NCBI GenBank assembly: GCA_029261035.1 | Contig: JAJDCD010000012.1 | Coordinates: forward strand, 6,958 to 70,957 | DNA: 64,000 nt | Direction of reading: 5' to 3' | DNA from: Candidatus Omnitrophota bacterium | GTDB taxonomy: Bacteria > Omnitrophota > Omnitrophia > Omnitrophales > JACROU01 | Shown: positions 63,882 through 64,000 of the stretch, one piece after another | Position numbering within the stretch: position 1 is the stretch's first letter | Layout of the letters: each line of letters begins with the position of its first letter | Notes under the pieces: generated by a model | Seen by the model: only the letters and a program-made list of their open reading frames with translations | The model's database searches: none | What the model was told of the DNA's origin: nothing | Made by a program: the position numbers and the translations under genes

Positions 63882-64000
63882 CTACCCATCAAATCGACCA
63901 AAACACAACGTGGCGTTATGCCCCCCAAATCCTAAAGAGTTAGAAAGGGCAAAATCAACCTTTCTTTCCTTAGCTACGTTTGGAGTATAGTCTAAATCAC
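63882..64000 (-). CDS. fabF: beta-ketoacyl-ACP synthase II, C-terminal fragment (5' part outside the window)
   Basis: The minus-strand frame reads [38 protein letters not shown]. The SNSxGFGGxNA motif marks the KAS C-terminus. Confidence 0.75.
   Translation of the reverse strand, partial: DLDYTPNVAKERKVDFALSNSLGFGGHNATLCFGRFDG

Noticed and set aside
1-64000. Mobile elements, prophage, defence islands, CRISPR arrays, and rRNA or tRNA genes.
   Set aside because: I recognised no integrase, transposase, recombinase, phage structural, restriction-modification, Cas or toxin-antitoxin signatures in any ORF. I saw no regularly spaced repeats, and no spacer has tRNA or rRNA character. The window looks like core chromosome apart from the giant gene.

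Overview
This is a gene-dense, AT-rich bacterial chromosomal segment. GC looks like roughly one third, but I did not compute it. It holds about 55 protein-coding genes, and I saw no rRNA, tRNA, CRISPR array, transposase or integrase. Left arm (+ strand): the tail of a sensor kinase, a sigma-54-dependent response regulator, a sigma-54-type -24/-12 element, a type IV prepilin and pilM-N-O-(P)-Q. Housekeeping genes follow: rng, rmuC, family-4 UDG, acyP, cca, def, a PfkB-family kinase and a HEAT-repeat protein. Centre (- strand): ykgJ/yqeY/yfcE-like genes, then a complete MoxR-DUF58-VWA Bat-type operon whose last gene is a BatB-TPR fusion with a ~370-aa Gln/Ser/Glu-rich tail. Immediately upstream of that operon is the outstanding feature of the window, a single 10.7-kb ORF (28483-39195, 3,570 aa). 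Behind a signal-peptide-like leader and a possible TraB/GumN-like N-domain, it strings together recognisable isocitrate lyase, malate synthase, GTP-PEP carboxykinase and Glu/Leu/Phe/Val-dehydrogenase-like modules, plus an unassignable C-terminal domain. Right arm (- strand): dnaK, preceded by a sigma-54-like promoter and a perfect palindrome; a second sigma-54 two-component pair translationally coupled to trpD-trpC; and a his-trp gene array (hisD-B-H-A-F-trpE-G) followed by an opposite-strand lipoprotein gene. After that come alaS-recX-recA, plsY, der, a glycine-zipper lipoprotein, smc and the 3' end of fabF. The lineage cannot be determined from this window. The pilin type, Bat operon and giant ORF are reminiscent of uncultivated PVC/Omnitrophota-like genomes, but that is only a guess.
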